A stretch of DNA of 64,000 nt from Candidatus Methylomirabilota bacterium (GTDB taxonomy: Bacteria > Verrucomicrobiota > Verrucomicrobiia > Limisphaerales > UBA11358), in the NCBI GenBank assembly GCA_035644195.1, contig DASQOZ010000030.1, positions 3,767-67,766 on the forward strand, given 5' to 3'. Below the pieces are notes generated by a model. That model saw only the letters and a program-made list of their open reading frames with translations. It made no database searches and had not been told where the DNA came from. The translations under genes were made by a program, and so were the position numbers. Of this stretch, positions 50,729 through 59,387 are shown piece by piece. How positions within the stretch are numbered: position 1 is the first letter of the stretch; every line of letters starts with the position of its first letter.

Positions 50729-53077
50729 TCACCCCAAATTCACCGGATCAATGTCCACGGCCAGCGTGACGTCTTCGGGCAGCACCAGCGATTGGATGAT
50801 GCGCGCCAGTTCTCGGCTCAACGCGCTCATCGCCCGCGTCCGCAGCATGATCTGGTGGCGATAAAAAGTTTCCGCGCGTGCAAGTGGCGCGGCAGCGGGG
50901 CCGGCGATGATTAAATCGGAAAACAAATTTTGGCTGCGCTTTGCTTGGGGAGCGCGTGCGTCCCGCACGCGCTGTTTGGCGTCCTCGCCAAACAGTTCCG
51001 TTGCGGTTGACGAGACGTCAACCGCTGCGCCCGGGACGGGCGCGCTCCCTAAATTTTTCTCCAGTTCACGTTTCAAATGGTCGGCGGAGAATTTTACTTT
51101 TTCCTCGTTGCGGCCTTTCAGTGTGAGCAGCGCGACGCGGCTGACGGGCGGATATTTCAGTTGTTCGCGGAATTCGATTTCCTGTTCGTAAAAACCGTTG
51201 AAGTCGTGACGTCGCGCGTATTGGATCGCCGGATGAAACGGCGCGAACGCCTGCACAAACACCTCGCCCTCCACGTCGCCGCGCCCGGCGCGCCCGGCGA
51301 CTTGCGTGAGCAACTGGAAGGTGCGCTCGCCCGCGCGTAAATCCGGCTGATGCAGCGCAAGGTCGGCGTAAATGATGCCGACGAGCGTGACATTCGGAAA
51401 GTGCAGTCCTTTCGCGATCATCTGCGTGCCGACGAGGATGTCGGTCCTGCCCGCGCGAAAATCGCCGAGCACTTTGCGGTAATCGTCCTTGCGCTTCATC
51501 GTGTCGGCGTCCATGCGTTTGATGCGCGCCTTCGGAAAAAGTTTGGCGAGCGTCTCTTCGACCTTTTGCGTGCCGGTGCCGGAAAAACGGATCGCGGGAT
51601 TTCTACATTTCTCGTTTGGGCAAACCAACGGAACTTTTTCGACGTGGCCGCAGATGTGGCAGGCGAGCTTTTGTTCCTGCCGGTGAAACGTGAGCGCGAG
51701 GCTGCAATTCGGGCAATTGCAAACATAACCGCACTTCGGGCATTGCAACGAAGTCGAGTAACCGCGCCGGTTCAAAAATAAAATTGTCTGCTCACCTTTG
51801 TCCAGCCGTTGGTTAATCGCTTCCTTCAGTTGCGGGGAAAAAAGCGGCGTGCCCTTTTCTTTTGTCGCGGCCTGCCTCATGTCCACGACGCGGACGCGCG
51901 GCATTTTTTGATTGTCCACGCGCTCCGGCAATTCGAGCAGCGTGAATTTGCCGCGTTTGCAATTGTAAAAACTTTCGAGCGACGGCGTGGCAGAGCCGAG
52001 CACCACGACGGCATTTTCCATCTGGCCGCGCATGATGGCCACGTCGCGCGCGTGATAGCGCGGCGCTTCCTCCTGCTTGTAACTCGTCTCGTGCTCCTCG
52101 TCCACGATGATGAGACCGAGCGGCTCGACCGGCGCAAAAATCGCCGAACGCGCGCCGATGAGGATGCGCGCCCGGCCCTGCCGGATTTTGTGCCACTCGT
52201 CGTGACGCTCGCCCGCGCTCAAATGCGAATGCAAAACCGCGACGAGCGTCTGCAATTTTCCCGAACTGAATCGCGCCTTGAACCGTTCGACTGTCTGCGG
52301 CGTCAAAGAAATTTCCGGCACGAGGACAATTGCACCTTTGCCTTGTTCCAGCGCATGCGCGAGCGCTTGCAAATAAATTTCAGTTTTCCCCGAACCTGTC
52401 ACGCCATGAAGCAGAAAAGTGTGCGAAGAATTTTCAGCGTCCATCGCTTTTGTGATTTCACCCAATGCTTTCGCTTGCGCGGAATTCAACACGATATTTT
52501 GCGTCGGCAAAATCGTTTCGCGCGCATAAGGATCGCGCTCGGAGATTTCAGAAGTGACTTCGATGAGTCCGCGATCTTCCAATTTGCGAACGGTTGCGGC
52601 GGTCGTTTCGGCAAGCTCAAGCAATTCCGCCAGCAAAATTTCGCGCCGCTCTTCGATGATGTTCCAAACTTCCTGCTGCCGTTTCGCCAGTTTCGGAAAT
52701 TCACCGCTCAACGGCAGCGCGCGGACGAACAATTGTTTTTTCCAGCCTTCTTTTTCTTTGCGGATCGCTTCGGGCAAGACACTTTTCAGCGCTGTCTCGG
52801 GCGCGCAGCAATAATATTCACCAATCCAGCGCGCGAGCTTCAAAACTTTCGGAGTCACCAAGCTTTGCGCGCCGATGATTTTGAGAATCGGTTTTAATTT
52901 TGCAAGAGATGATTCTTCAGCCAGCGCCGTGACGGTGCCGAAAATTTTCCGCGCGCCAGATGAACCAAAAGGCACTTGCACGCGCGTTCCGACTTCGATT
53001 TGTCCGGCAAGCTCCGGCGGAATTGAATAATCAAATTCCTTGCGCAATGCGATTTCGAGGCTGACGCGGGCAATCAT
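50729..53077 (-). CDS. priA: Primosomal protein N'
   Basis: GVTGSGKTE, DEEH, Cys clusters, QVAGRAGR. Confidence 0.97.
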   Translation of the reverse strand: MIARVSLEIALRKEFDYSIPPELAGQIEVGTRVQVPFGSSGARKIFGTVTALAEESSLAKLKPILKIIGAQSLVTPKVLKLARWIGEYYCCAPETALKSVLPEAIRKEKEGWKKQLFVRALPLSGEFPKLAKRQQEVWNIIEERREILLAELLELAETTAATVRKLEDRGLIEVTSEISERDPYARETILPTQNIVLNSAQAKALGEITKAMDAENSSHTFLLHGVTGSGKTEIYLQALAHALEQGKGAIVLVPEISLTPQTVERFKARFSSGKLQTLVAVLHSHLSAGERHDEWHKIRQGRARILIGARSAIFAPVEPLGLIIVDEEHETSYKQEEAPRYHARDVAIMRGQMENAVVVLGSATPSLESFYNCKRGKFTLLELPERVDNQKMPRVRVVDMRQAATKEKGTPLFSPQLKEAINQRLDKGEQTILFLNRRGYSTSLQCPKCGYVCNCPNCSLALTFHRQEQKLACHICGHVEKVPLVCPNEKCRNPAIRFSGTGTQKVEETLAKLFPKARIKRMDADTMKRKDDYRKVLGDFRAGRTDILVGTQMIAKGLHFPNVTLVGIIYADLALHQPDLRAGERTFQLLTQVAGRAGRGDVEGEVFVQAFAPFHPAIQYARRHDFNGFYEQEIEFREQLKYPPVSRVALLTLKGRNEEKVKFSADHLKRELEKNLGSAPVPGAAVDVSSTATELFGEDAKQRVRDARAPQAKRSQNLFSDLIIAGPAAAPLARAETFYRHQIMLRTRAMSALSRELARIIQSLVLPEDVTLAVDIDPVNLG
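50945..51052. repeat. 108-bp four-hairpin element in frame in priA
   Basis: GGGAGCGCG...CGCGCTCCC ends; encodes LGSAPVPGAAVDVSSTATELFGEDAKQRVRDARAPQ. Confidence 0.8.
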
Positions 53078-53078
53078 T

Positions 53079-53828
53079 TTAATCCTGCGAAATCGCGAGC
53101 AATTCCGCTTCCAGTTCTTTCCGCAATTCTTCGCGTTTTGCATCGCTGATTTCGCGCGGCACATTGATGACGCGGCCCGTGAAAACATCGCAGCGCGAAA
53201 ATGGCAGCGGGATTTGAAATTTGTCCCAGCTCTTCAATTGAATTTTCCATCGCAATTGATAGGACGCTGGCACAATCGGTAAACCGCTCACTTGCGCCAG
53301 CGCCATCGCGCCGTCCTGCACCACATAACGCGGTCCGCGCGGTCCGTCGGGCGTGATGGCCAAATCATATCCGCGTTCCGCCCACGTCGTCAGTTCGAGC
53401 AACGCCTGCGGCCCGCGTCGCGACGACGAACCGCGCACAGGTTGCACGCCGAAACGTTCGAGAATTGCCGCTAGAAATGCGCCGTCTTTGCTCGCACTCA
53501 CGAGCGCCGCGAGTCCGGTAGCCTGATGATGCCGAAGCCCGAAGTTGAAATATAATTTCATCGAGAGCGCCAGCCGATTGTGCCATGTGCAATAAATGAC
53601 TTGCCGCACGTCCTTGCGTGTCATGAATCTGTGCGGATCATGAAAGCGATAGCGCAATGTGGCCGAAACCAGGCTGAACACCGCCCAAAGAATCCACGCG
53701 CCGAGCCGTTGATGCCATTTCGGCGGATGCGGCACGACCACGCCGCTTCTTCGTCTGAATTCGGTGTTGCCGATGGGGTTTTCTGGCTTGGGCGTCACAA
53801 CAGGCATCATGCTCCTTTTTTCAAACAC
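53079..53828 (-). CDS. DUF374 lysophospholipid acyltransferase family protein
   Basis: WHNR, S.SKDG, RGSSSRRG, TPDGPRGP, SWD.F..P.PF. Confidence 0.88.
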   Translation of the reverse strand: MFEKRSMMPVVTPKPENPIGNTEFRRRSGVVVPHPPKWHQRLGAWILWAVFSLVSATLRYRFHDPHRFMTRKDVRQVIYCTWHNRLALSMKLYFNFGLRHHQATGLAALVSASKDGAFLAAILERFGVQPVRGSSSRRGPQALLELTTWAERGYDLAITPDGPRGPRYVVQDGAMALAQVSGLPIVPASYQLRWKIQLKSWDKFQIPLPFSRCDVFTGRVINVPREISDAKREELRKELEAELLAISQD

Positions 53829-54412
53829 GCGCGCACCAAATCTTCGACCGTCGCCTTTGCGCCGAGAGAATTTTGCGCGGCGCGAACAGTGTCGTGCGCA
53901 TCAATCTGTTTGAAGCCGAGCGCCATGAGCGCGAGCACGGCGTCGTTGATTTTCTGGTCGTCGGGTGAAAGCGAATGTTTTGCGCTCGCGGCCTCCCATG
54001 CGCCCGCCGCGCCGATCTTGTCGCGCAATTCAACAACGATGCGTTCGGCAGTTTTTTTACCGACGCCGGAAATTTGTGAAAGCGATTTAACGTCGCTGCT
54101 GGCGACTGCGCCGCGAAAGGCCGTCGCGTTCATGCCGCTCAAAATATTCAGAGCGGTTTTCGGGCCGATGCCGCTGACGCTGTTGATGAGCAGCCGGAAC
54201 AAATCGCGTTCCGCCGCGCTCGCAAAGCCGTAAAGAATATGCGCATCTTCACGCACGATAAGTTGCGTGAGCAATTTCACTTCATTTCCCGGTTGCGGCA
54301 ATTTGTCGAACGACGACAGCGGAATCAGGACTTCGTAGCCGACGCCGTTCACGTCCACGACGACTTGTGTGGGAAGCGCTTCGACGAGTTTGCCGTGGAG
54401 AAATGTAATCAT
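53807..54412 (-). CDS. ruvA: Holliday junction branch migration protein RuvA
   Basis: MITFLHG, GVGYEV, VSGIGPKTA, GVGKKTAERI. Confidence 0.96.
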   Translation of the reverse strand: MITFLHGKLVEALPTQVVVDVNGVGYEVLIPLSSFDKLPQPGNEVKLLTQLIVREDAHILYGFASAAERDLFRLLINSVSGIGPKTALNILSGMNATAFRGAVASSDVKSLSQISGVGKKTAERIVVELRDKIGAAGAWEAASAKHSLSPDDQKINDAVLALMALGFKQIDAHDTVRAAQNSLGAKATVEDLVRACLKKGA

Positions 54413-54714
54413 TGCCCGTGCTTGATGCTTATGATTTTCGCGTCTTGTTTGGAAATCTTGATTTCGGCAACTCCGCCTAAATGTCCCTTTGGTAAAGTTC
54501 CTTCCACATGCCAAATTCCTTCGTTCAATGTGGCTTTATACGGTTTTTCATTTTTAATTTTCCCCTCTCCATAAATCGGCGACCACACAGCGACAGCAAT
54601 TGCGACGGCGGTCTTTTCATCCGGCACAAATCCATCTTTCGGCTTGAAATCTTCACCAAGCAAAACTCCAGATGAGAGAACTGAAGCCAAAATTAAAAGA
54701 ACTCGAATTTTCAT
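54409..54714 (-). CDS. YbbC/YhhH (NTF2-fold immunity) family protein
   Basis: Signal peptide, VPDEKTA.AIA.A...PIYG, W.V.G, GG...I.I.K. Confidence 0.8.
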   Translation of the reverse strand: MKIRVLLILASVLSSGVLLGEDFKPKDGFVPDEKTAVAIAVAVWSPIYGEGKIKNEKPYKATLNEGIWHVEGTLPKGHLGGVAEIKISKQDAKIISIKHGQ

Positions 54715-54718
54715 AATT

Positions 54719-55321
54719 TCAAATCTTCTTGGGAACACTCAAACTGTAATGTCCATTTTGTTGAACATGAGCCAAAGCGAGCGCGAGCGCGTCGGCGGCA
54801 TCGGGCGCGGGCGGCTTGGGCAAATTCAAAAGCCGCTGAACCATTTTTGCGACGGCAGATTTTTGCGCCGCGCCGTAGCCGACAATCGCCTGTTTCACTT
54901 TGCGCGTCGCGATTTCAAAAATTTCAATTCCATTTTCAGCGACGACCGCCATCGCCGCGCCACGCGCTTCGCCCATGATCAAAGCCGTTTGCAAATTTTG
55001 CGCGTAAAACAATCCTTCAACGACGCAAACAGTCGGATGATATTTTTTAATTTCTTCGCGCAATGTTTGTGAAATTTTCGCAAGACAACGCGAGCGTTCC
55101 CAGTTTTTTGGGCAGGAAATGGTCCCTTGCGCCAACGTTTTTGGATGCGGATTTGAGATTTGAATGATTCCGAAGCCGGTTCCGCGCAGCGATGGATCAA
55201 TGCCAAGGATGATTTGAGCGACGGCTGACGCGCGATGGGTGACAAGTGGAAATACGGCGCGCGGCGATTTGCCGCCGATGCGTTCTTTCATCTGTTCAAA
55301 CTGGCGCAGCGAGATTCCCAC
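54719..55321 (-). CDS. ruvC: Crossover junction endodeoxyribonuclease RuvC
   Basis: ILGIDP, GEARG, VKQAIVGYG.A.K, DAADALA. Confidence 0.95.
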   Translation of the reverse strand: MGISLRQFEQMKERIGGKSPRAVFPLVTHRASAVAQIILGIDPSLRGTGFGIIQISNPHPKTLAQGTISCPKNWERSRCLAKISQTLREEIKKYHPTVCVVEGLFYAQNLQTALIMGEARGAAMAVVAENGIEIFEIATRKVKQAIVGYGAAQKSAVAKMVQRLLNLPKPPAPDAADALALALAHVQQNGHYSLSVPKKI

Positions 55322-55371
55322 GTGGAAATTTTGCCAGCGGCGATGAAATTACGAAAGAAAAATGCGGCGCG

Positions 55372-57039
55372 TCATTGGCCGTTTTTGTCTTTGTCGCGAT
55401 TTCTATCCTGACGGTCGGACGGTGTTGACTGCTGTGACGGCTGCGATTGTTGCGGTTGCGGTTCGCGTGGTTGGACCGACGACGGCGGATTATGCGGCTG
55501 CGGAGTTGGTTGCGCATTGTAATTGCGTTGTGAAGGCTGAACGCGATTTTCATTTGCAGGTGGAGAAAATTGCCTTTCGGGCTGCTGCATTCGCGGAGAC
55601 GTCGTCCGTTGTTCTTCATTCGGGTTGTTTGGCAAACGATTTTGCGGCACGGTCCGGTTTTCCATTTGCGACTGATTTTCCATTCGCGGTTGTGGCGTTT
55701 CGGGCAATCGCGGGGACGTGCTTCCGAAATTGTTCGGCTGATTACGACGAAGAGAATTCCCATTGTCGTTTGCCGCCGGTTGCGAAATTCCGGCTGGTTG
55801 TGAAACATTTCTATTTTGCGTCGTCGTTTGATTTCGTCGCGGCGAATTGCTTTGATTTGGCGGGGGAATTTGCATCGGCGCGCCAGTCGTGGGCGAAGGG
55901 ATTGTATGCGGCCGATTGTCGTTTGCAGTTGGCGACGCATTGTGATCGAAATGCGGACGGTTGACGACCAAAGCGCCGCTTCGATCCATTTGTTCACCGC
56001 GCCCGACGGGAGTCGTCGTTTCCCGAATTCTTGCCGGATGGATCGGCGTGTGCGTGACGGCGGCGATGTGTTCCGGCGGGATGCCGTGGTTGATGACAGT
56101 TGTGTTGTTGCCGCCGAAGTTATTGATGACTGTTGTCTGGTTGAAAATCTGCGTCACTTGCGTTGATGCGACGCGATGACGCCACGGATGCGGGTCATAG
56201 AAATTTCTCGTTGATACAAATACGAATGTATTCGCGCTGAAGCCGAAATCGAAGCCGACGCTGACCACCGCGCCGTTGAAAAACAATCCAACACCTTCGC
56301 GATATTCGCAACGCGGCGGCAACGGCGCCCAACCGCAATAATCATCCGAGTAGCGCCAGCAAACCCAGGACGGCGCCCAGACCGTGTCGGGATACCAGCA
56401 CCAGCCGAAACGCTCATTGCGAAACCAGCGGCCATAATGGAACGGCGCCCAGCCCCATGAATAATCTGAATACCAATACCAGCCGTCGTCGGTATAAACC
56501 CAATGTCCATGGTCGGAATACGGTTGCCAGCTTGAATCATAAACCACGACTGATGGACGCCAGCAACGACCATAACCTTCGATCACAACCCACGAGCCAT
56601 ACGGCGCGAGCGAATCATAAAAATAATTTTCAGTGACCACCGTTGTCGCTGGCGGCGGCGCGGGCGCAGCTTGCGGCGGCGGAGGGGAAACAGCCAAACC
56701 CAGTTGCTGGTCGCGTTGCTGCATTGCCATCACGATTGAATCCGGCAAGCCGATGTCTTTCAGGTAAATGATCTGGTTCGCCGTGAGGCTGAATCTGTAT
56801 TGCGAATTGTTGATGTAATTCTTAATGACATCTTCGCTCACCTCGGCCTGCGACAGACGGATAATTTCCGCGAGCGAACTGTTCGCCTCGATGTCCGGCG
56901 GCAATACGTCAGCCGGTTGTGCGGAATCCGTTTGAGACGGTTGTTGTGCATTGGCAGACTGCCGCGAAATTCCACCTGCCAAAATTAAGCCCATAATCAT
57001 CGTTCCTGTCGCCAAGCCGCCAAAAAATTTAGTTTTCAT
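55372..57039 (-). CDS. DUF6600-like Trp/Tyr-rich exported protein with Pro/Gln-rich tail
   Basis: Signal peptide; LAPYGSW, WGWAPFHYGRW, WAP.WV, GWAPLPP. Confidence 0.8.
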   Translation of the reverse strand: MKTKFFGGLATGTMIMGLILAGGISRQSANAQQPSQTDSAQPADVLPPDIEANSSLAEIIRLSQAEVSEDVIKNYINNSQYRFSLTANQIIYLKDIGLPDSIVMAMQQRDQQLGLAVSPPPPQAAPAPPPATTVVTENYFYDSLAPYGSWVVIEGYGRCWRPSVVVYDSSWQPYSDHGHWVYTDDGWYWYSDYSWGWAPFHYGRWFRNERFGWCWYPDTVWAPSWVCWRYSDDYCGWAPLPPRCEYREGVGLFFNGAVVSVGFDFGFSANTFVFVSTRNFYDPHPWRHRVASTQVTQIFNQTTVINNFGGNNTTVINHGIPPEHIAAVTHTPIHPARIRETTTPVGRGEQMDRSGALVVNRPHFDHNASPTANDNRPHTIPSPTTGAPMQIPPPNQSNSPRRNQTTTQNRNVSQPAGISQPAANDNGNSLRRNQPNNFGSTSPRLPETPQPRMENQSQMENRTVPQNRLPNNPNEEQRTTSPRMQQPERQFSPPANENRVQPSQRNYNAQPTPQPHNPPSSVQPREPQPQQSQPSQQSTPSDRQDRNRDKDKNGQ

Positions 57040-57173
57040 AATCAGTCGCTTTCTAATTTAACATCACTTTGACCCTTTTGTTCCGAAAAAGTTCATGCCA
57101 GTTAGATGACCCAAACCCACGAAAAGTTGCGTAAATTTTGGCTATTGCTAATCTGATGTGGCAATTGTGGGTT

Positions 57174-57213
57174 GCCCCCGTAGCTCAAATGGATAGAGCA
57201 GCGGTTTCCTAAA
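57174..57213 (+). pseudogene. 5' half of tRNA-Arg(CCT), truncated after the anticodon loop (probable att junction)
   Basis: GCCCCCG TA GCTC AAATGGATA GAGC A GCGGT TT CCT AA, with no T-arm or acceptor 3' strand after it. Confidence 0.85.
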
Positions 57214-57405
57214 TTTAGTCAACCGCTTTTTTGAAGTTTTTTCTGTCATTAACTTTGATATATTTGCATTGATTTCATTAACAATTTTTCGCTTTTGCGA
57301 CTTGGCAATTTCAACGCACCTTTTATTCTGATTTACCATTTTTTACCCTAAAAAACCAAAACGGTATCAAATGTGGTATCAGATTTAACGACTGAATTTT
57401 GGCGG

Positions 57406-57481
57406 TGGTGCTCCCGCCCCGAATTGAACGGGGATCAGCCATTTAGGAAACGGCAGCTCTATCCAATTGAGCTACGGGAGC
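57406..57481 (-). tRNA. tRNA-Arg(CCT), intact, CCA encoded
   Basis: GCTCCCG TA GCTC AATTGGATA GAGC T GCCGT TT CCT AA ATGGC TGAT CCCCG TTCAATT CGGGG CGGGAGC A CCA (76 nt). Confidence 0.93.
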
Positions 57482-57829
57482 GCAGTTTTGAACAACATAC
57501 TCATTCCAAATTTTTTGCCAAGACGCATCGTAGCAACGGCAATCTCTGAAATGCCGCGAACGCTGCGCTCGTCGCGAAACCACGAATCTTGCTCCTTCGT
57601 GGATTTGTTTGCTACGCTACCCACATCCATGCATTCGTTCAAAGGCTGGTTCGGCAAATGAAGCAGTTCACATCAGTCGGCACGGACGCACATTCAAATA
57701 TGTTGAAACAGAACAGCTAGCGCCACCTATAACGATTCGACACCTCTGGCTAAAGCGGGATTAAGCGTCCAAAAAATAAGATGTTTATCGTTTTGGAACG
57801 GCGTAGAATCCCAACGCATGGGCGAGATA

Positions 57830-58508
57830 AACCGGCGAGGAACGTGCTGACTTGCGCTTGGCAGAATGGTTCAGTGGCAGGCCGCTTGCACCAGGTGAAG
57901 ATGATGTGCTGGAAGATGTGGTAAAATCTGGCGGCACTCCCAACATTCAATTCGTCGGATGGCAGACACCCGACGAATTTCAAAAGCGATTACTGGAAGT
58001 GTTGACAAAGGAATTGAATCTGAAAGCAGCCAACGATGCTGAAGGCTTTGACCTGAAGCTCGGCGCAAAACTTTCAAATGAGTATCTTTATTTCAATCTG
58101 GGTGCAGCCACACAAGCGGAGGCATGGCAAATTTTAAGTCCCATCAGGGCGTCGCCCCAAGGGGTAGCGCAAGTGAATCGTTTGATTCATAAAACTTTCA
58201 AGAAAGGCACGATTGAGTTCGCGCGCTGGCCCGGCTGGAAACGGAAGATTCCAGAACCGATGGGCTTGGAGGAAATCGTCTATGGCGACAAACTCATCTG
58301 TTTGAAAAATCACGAACGAAATGCTTGGGATACAAATGCAGGGGAAAACATCGAAGGGTATCTTGCCAACGGCGAAATTGGCATTGCTGTTGGTCAATTC
58401 AAAACCGCGAAGATGACCAAAGCGCCGTGGGCGCTAAAAGTCGAATTCGCATCACCCATAAATCATAATTCCAACGGATACTGTTTTGTCTGGCGGTTGA
58501 CTTTTTAA
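57830..58508 (+). pseudogene. Internal fragment of a RecD-like helicase
   Basis: QILSP, G...VN, GDK.I..KN, ANGEIG; lacks Walker A and the C-terminal motifs. Confidence 0.65.
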
Positions 58509-58558
58509 TTTTTTGAACGATTGGTTTTTCGTTAGCCACAACCAAAAGGAATAACTTT

Positions 58559-58669
58559 ATGGCACATGACGATGAAGACCGTGGCGGTAGTTCGCCAGAT
58601 CGTTCTCCGAACGATGACCGGAGCGACGCAATGAACCCAAATAGCGATGCCTACGAAGACGCAGATTGA
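58559..58669 (+). CDS. 36-aa acidic small ORF (possibly truncated)
   Basis: AAGGA RBS; MAHDDEDRGGSSPDRSPNDDRSDAMNPNSDAYEDAD. Confidence 0.4.
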   Translation: MAHDDEDRGGSSPDRSPNDDRSDAMNPNSDAYEDAD

Positions 58670-58670
58670 A

Positions 58671-58916
58671 ATGTTCGATCTGATTGTTCTCGATGTGGAT
58701 ATGCCGGGAATGAACGGCTTTGAAGTCTGCCGTCAATTAAAAGACAATCCGTTTTTTCAAACGCCAATTGTATTTGTTTCCGGCAGGTCTCTTGACCAAG
58801 ACGTTCAGCGCGGGCTTGAACTCGGTGCGGTGGATTATATTTCTAAACCATTCGGCATCGAATTCGCGCCACGGTTACTATCTCACATTAAAGAATCAGA
58901 AAATGCAATGGCATGA
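58671..58916 (+). pseudogene. N-terminally truncated response regulator receiver
   Basis: DLIVLDVDMPGMNG, GAVDYISKPF; lacks the first strand and acidic pair. Confidence 0.7.
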
Positions 58917-58934
58917 AACTCACATCGGCCACAA

Positions 58935-59264
58935 TCATTTTTCGGCGCGAGTCGGGAAAATCGCAAGGCGTTGGCCGGACTGAAATTGCGAACCGATTTT
59001 GTTCATCGGCAAATTCTTCGGGAACAAATCTTCAAGACGCATGCCAAGAACACGAGCTAGATAAAGCATTTCACAATCCGGCACTCTGCGTCGTTGCAAT
59101 TCCAAACTGGCAAGCGAATCCCGACTTATATTCCAACCGCGCAATTGAAGTTTTGCCGCCAAGACCTCTTGTGACCAACCCTTTTTTTCGCGCCATTTCT
59201 TCACCTGTGTGCCCACCAAGTTTTTTGCGGTTGTCGTCACTACCAACGACGGTAGCTGGAACAT
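58935..59264 (-). CDS. XRE family HTH transcriptional regulator
   Basis: NLVG..V...R...GWSQE.LAAKLQ...SR..LA.LE...R.V.D. Confidence 0.85.
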   Translation of the reverse strand: MFQLPSLVVTTTAKNLVGTQVKKWREKKGWSQEVLAAKLQLRGWNISRDSLASLELQRRRVPDCEMLYLARVLGMRLEDLFPKNLPMNKIGSQFQSGQRLAIFPTRAEK

Positions 59265-59387
59265 GGCTAAAAATTGTGTTCACAAGCACACAGTTGGTTC
59301 AGCGGCTTTTCACTTTTACGCTTGCGCTTAACGATGCGAAATGTTTAGCGTCGTTGAGATTTTTCAGAAGGTAAATGGCATGACATT

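Noticed and set aside
55372..56000. Low-complexity Pro/Gln/Asn stretch as a DNA repeat element
   Set aside because: Ordinary disordered protein tail without a nucleotide repeat unit
57174..57240. Intron-containing tRNA-Arg
   Set aside because: ACCGC recurs 9 nt later, but no T-arm or acceptor 3' strand follows and no group I core is evident
57204..57451. Invertible switch between the two tRNA-Arg sequences sharing GTTTCCTAAAT
   Set aside because: Inversion would give mismatched acceptor and anticodon stems, whereas the minus-strand tRNA pairs fully with itself
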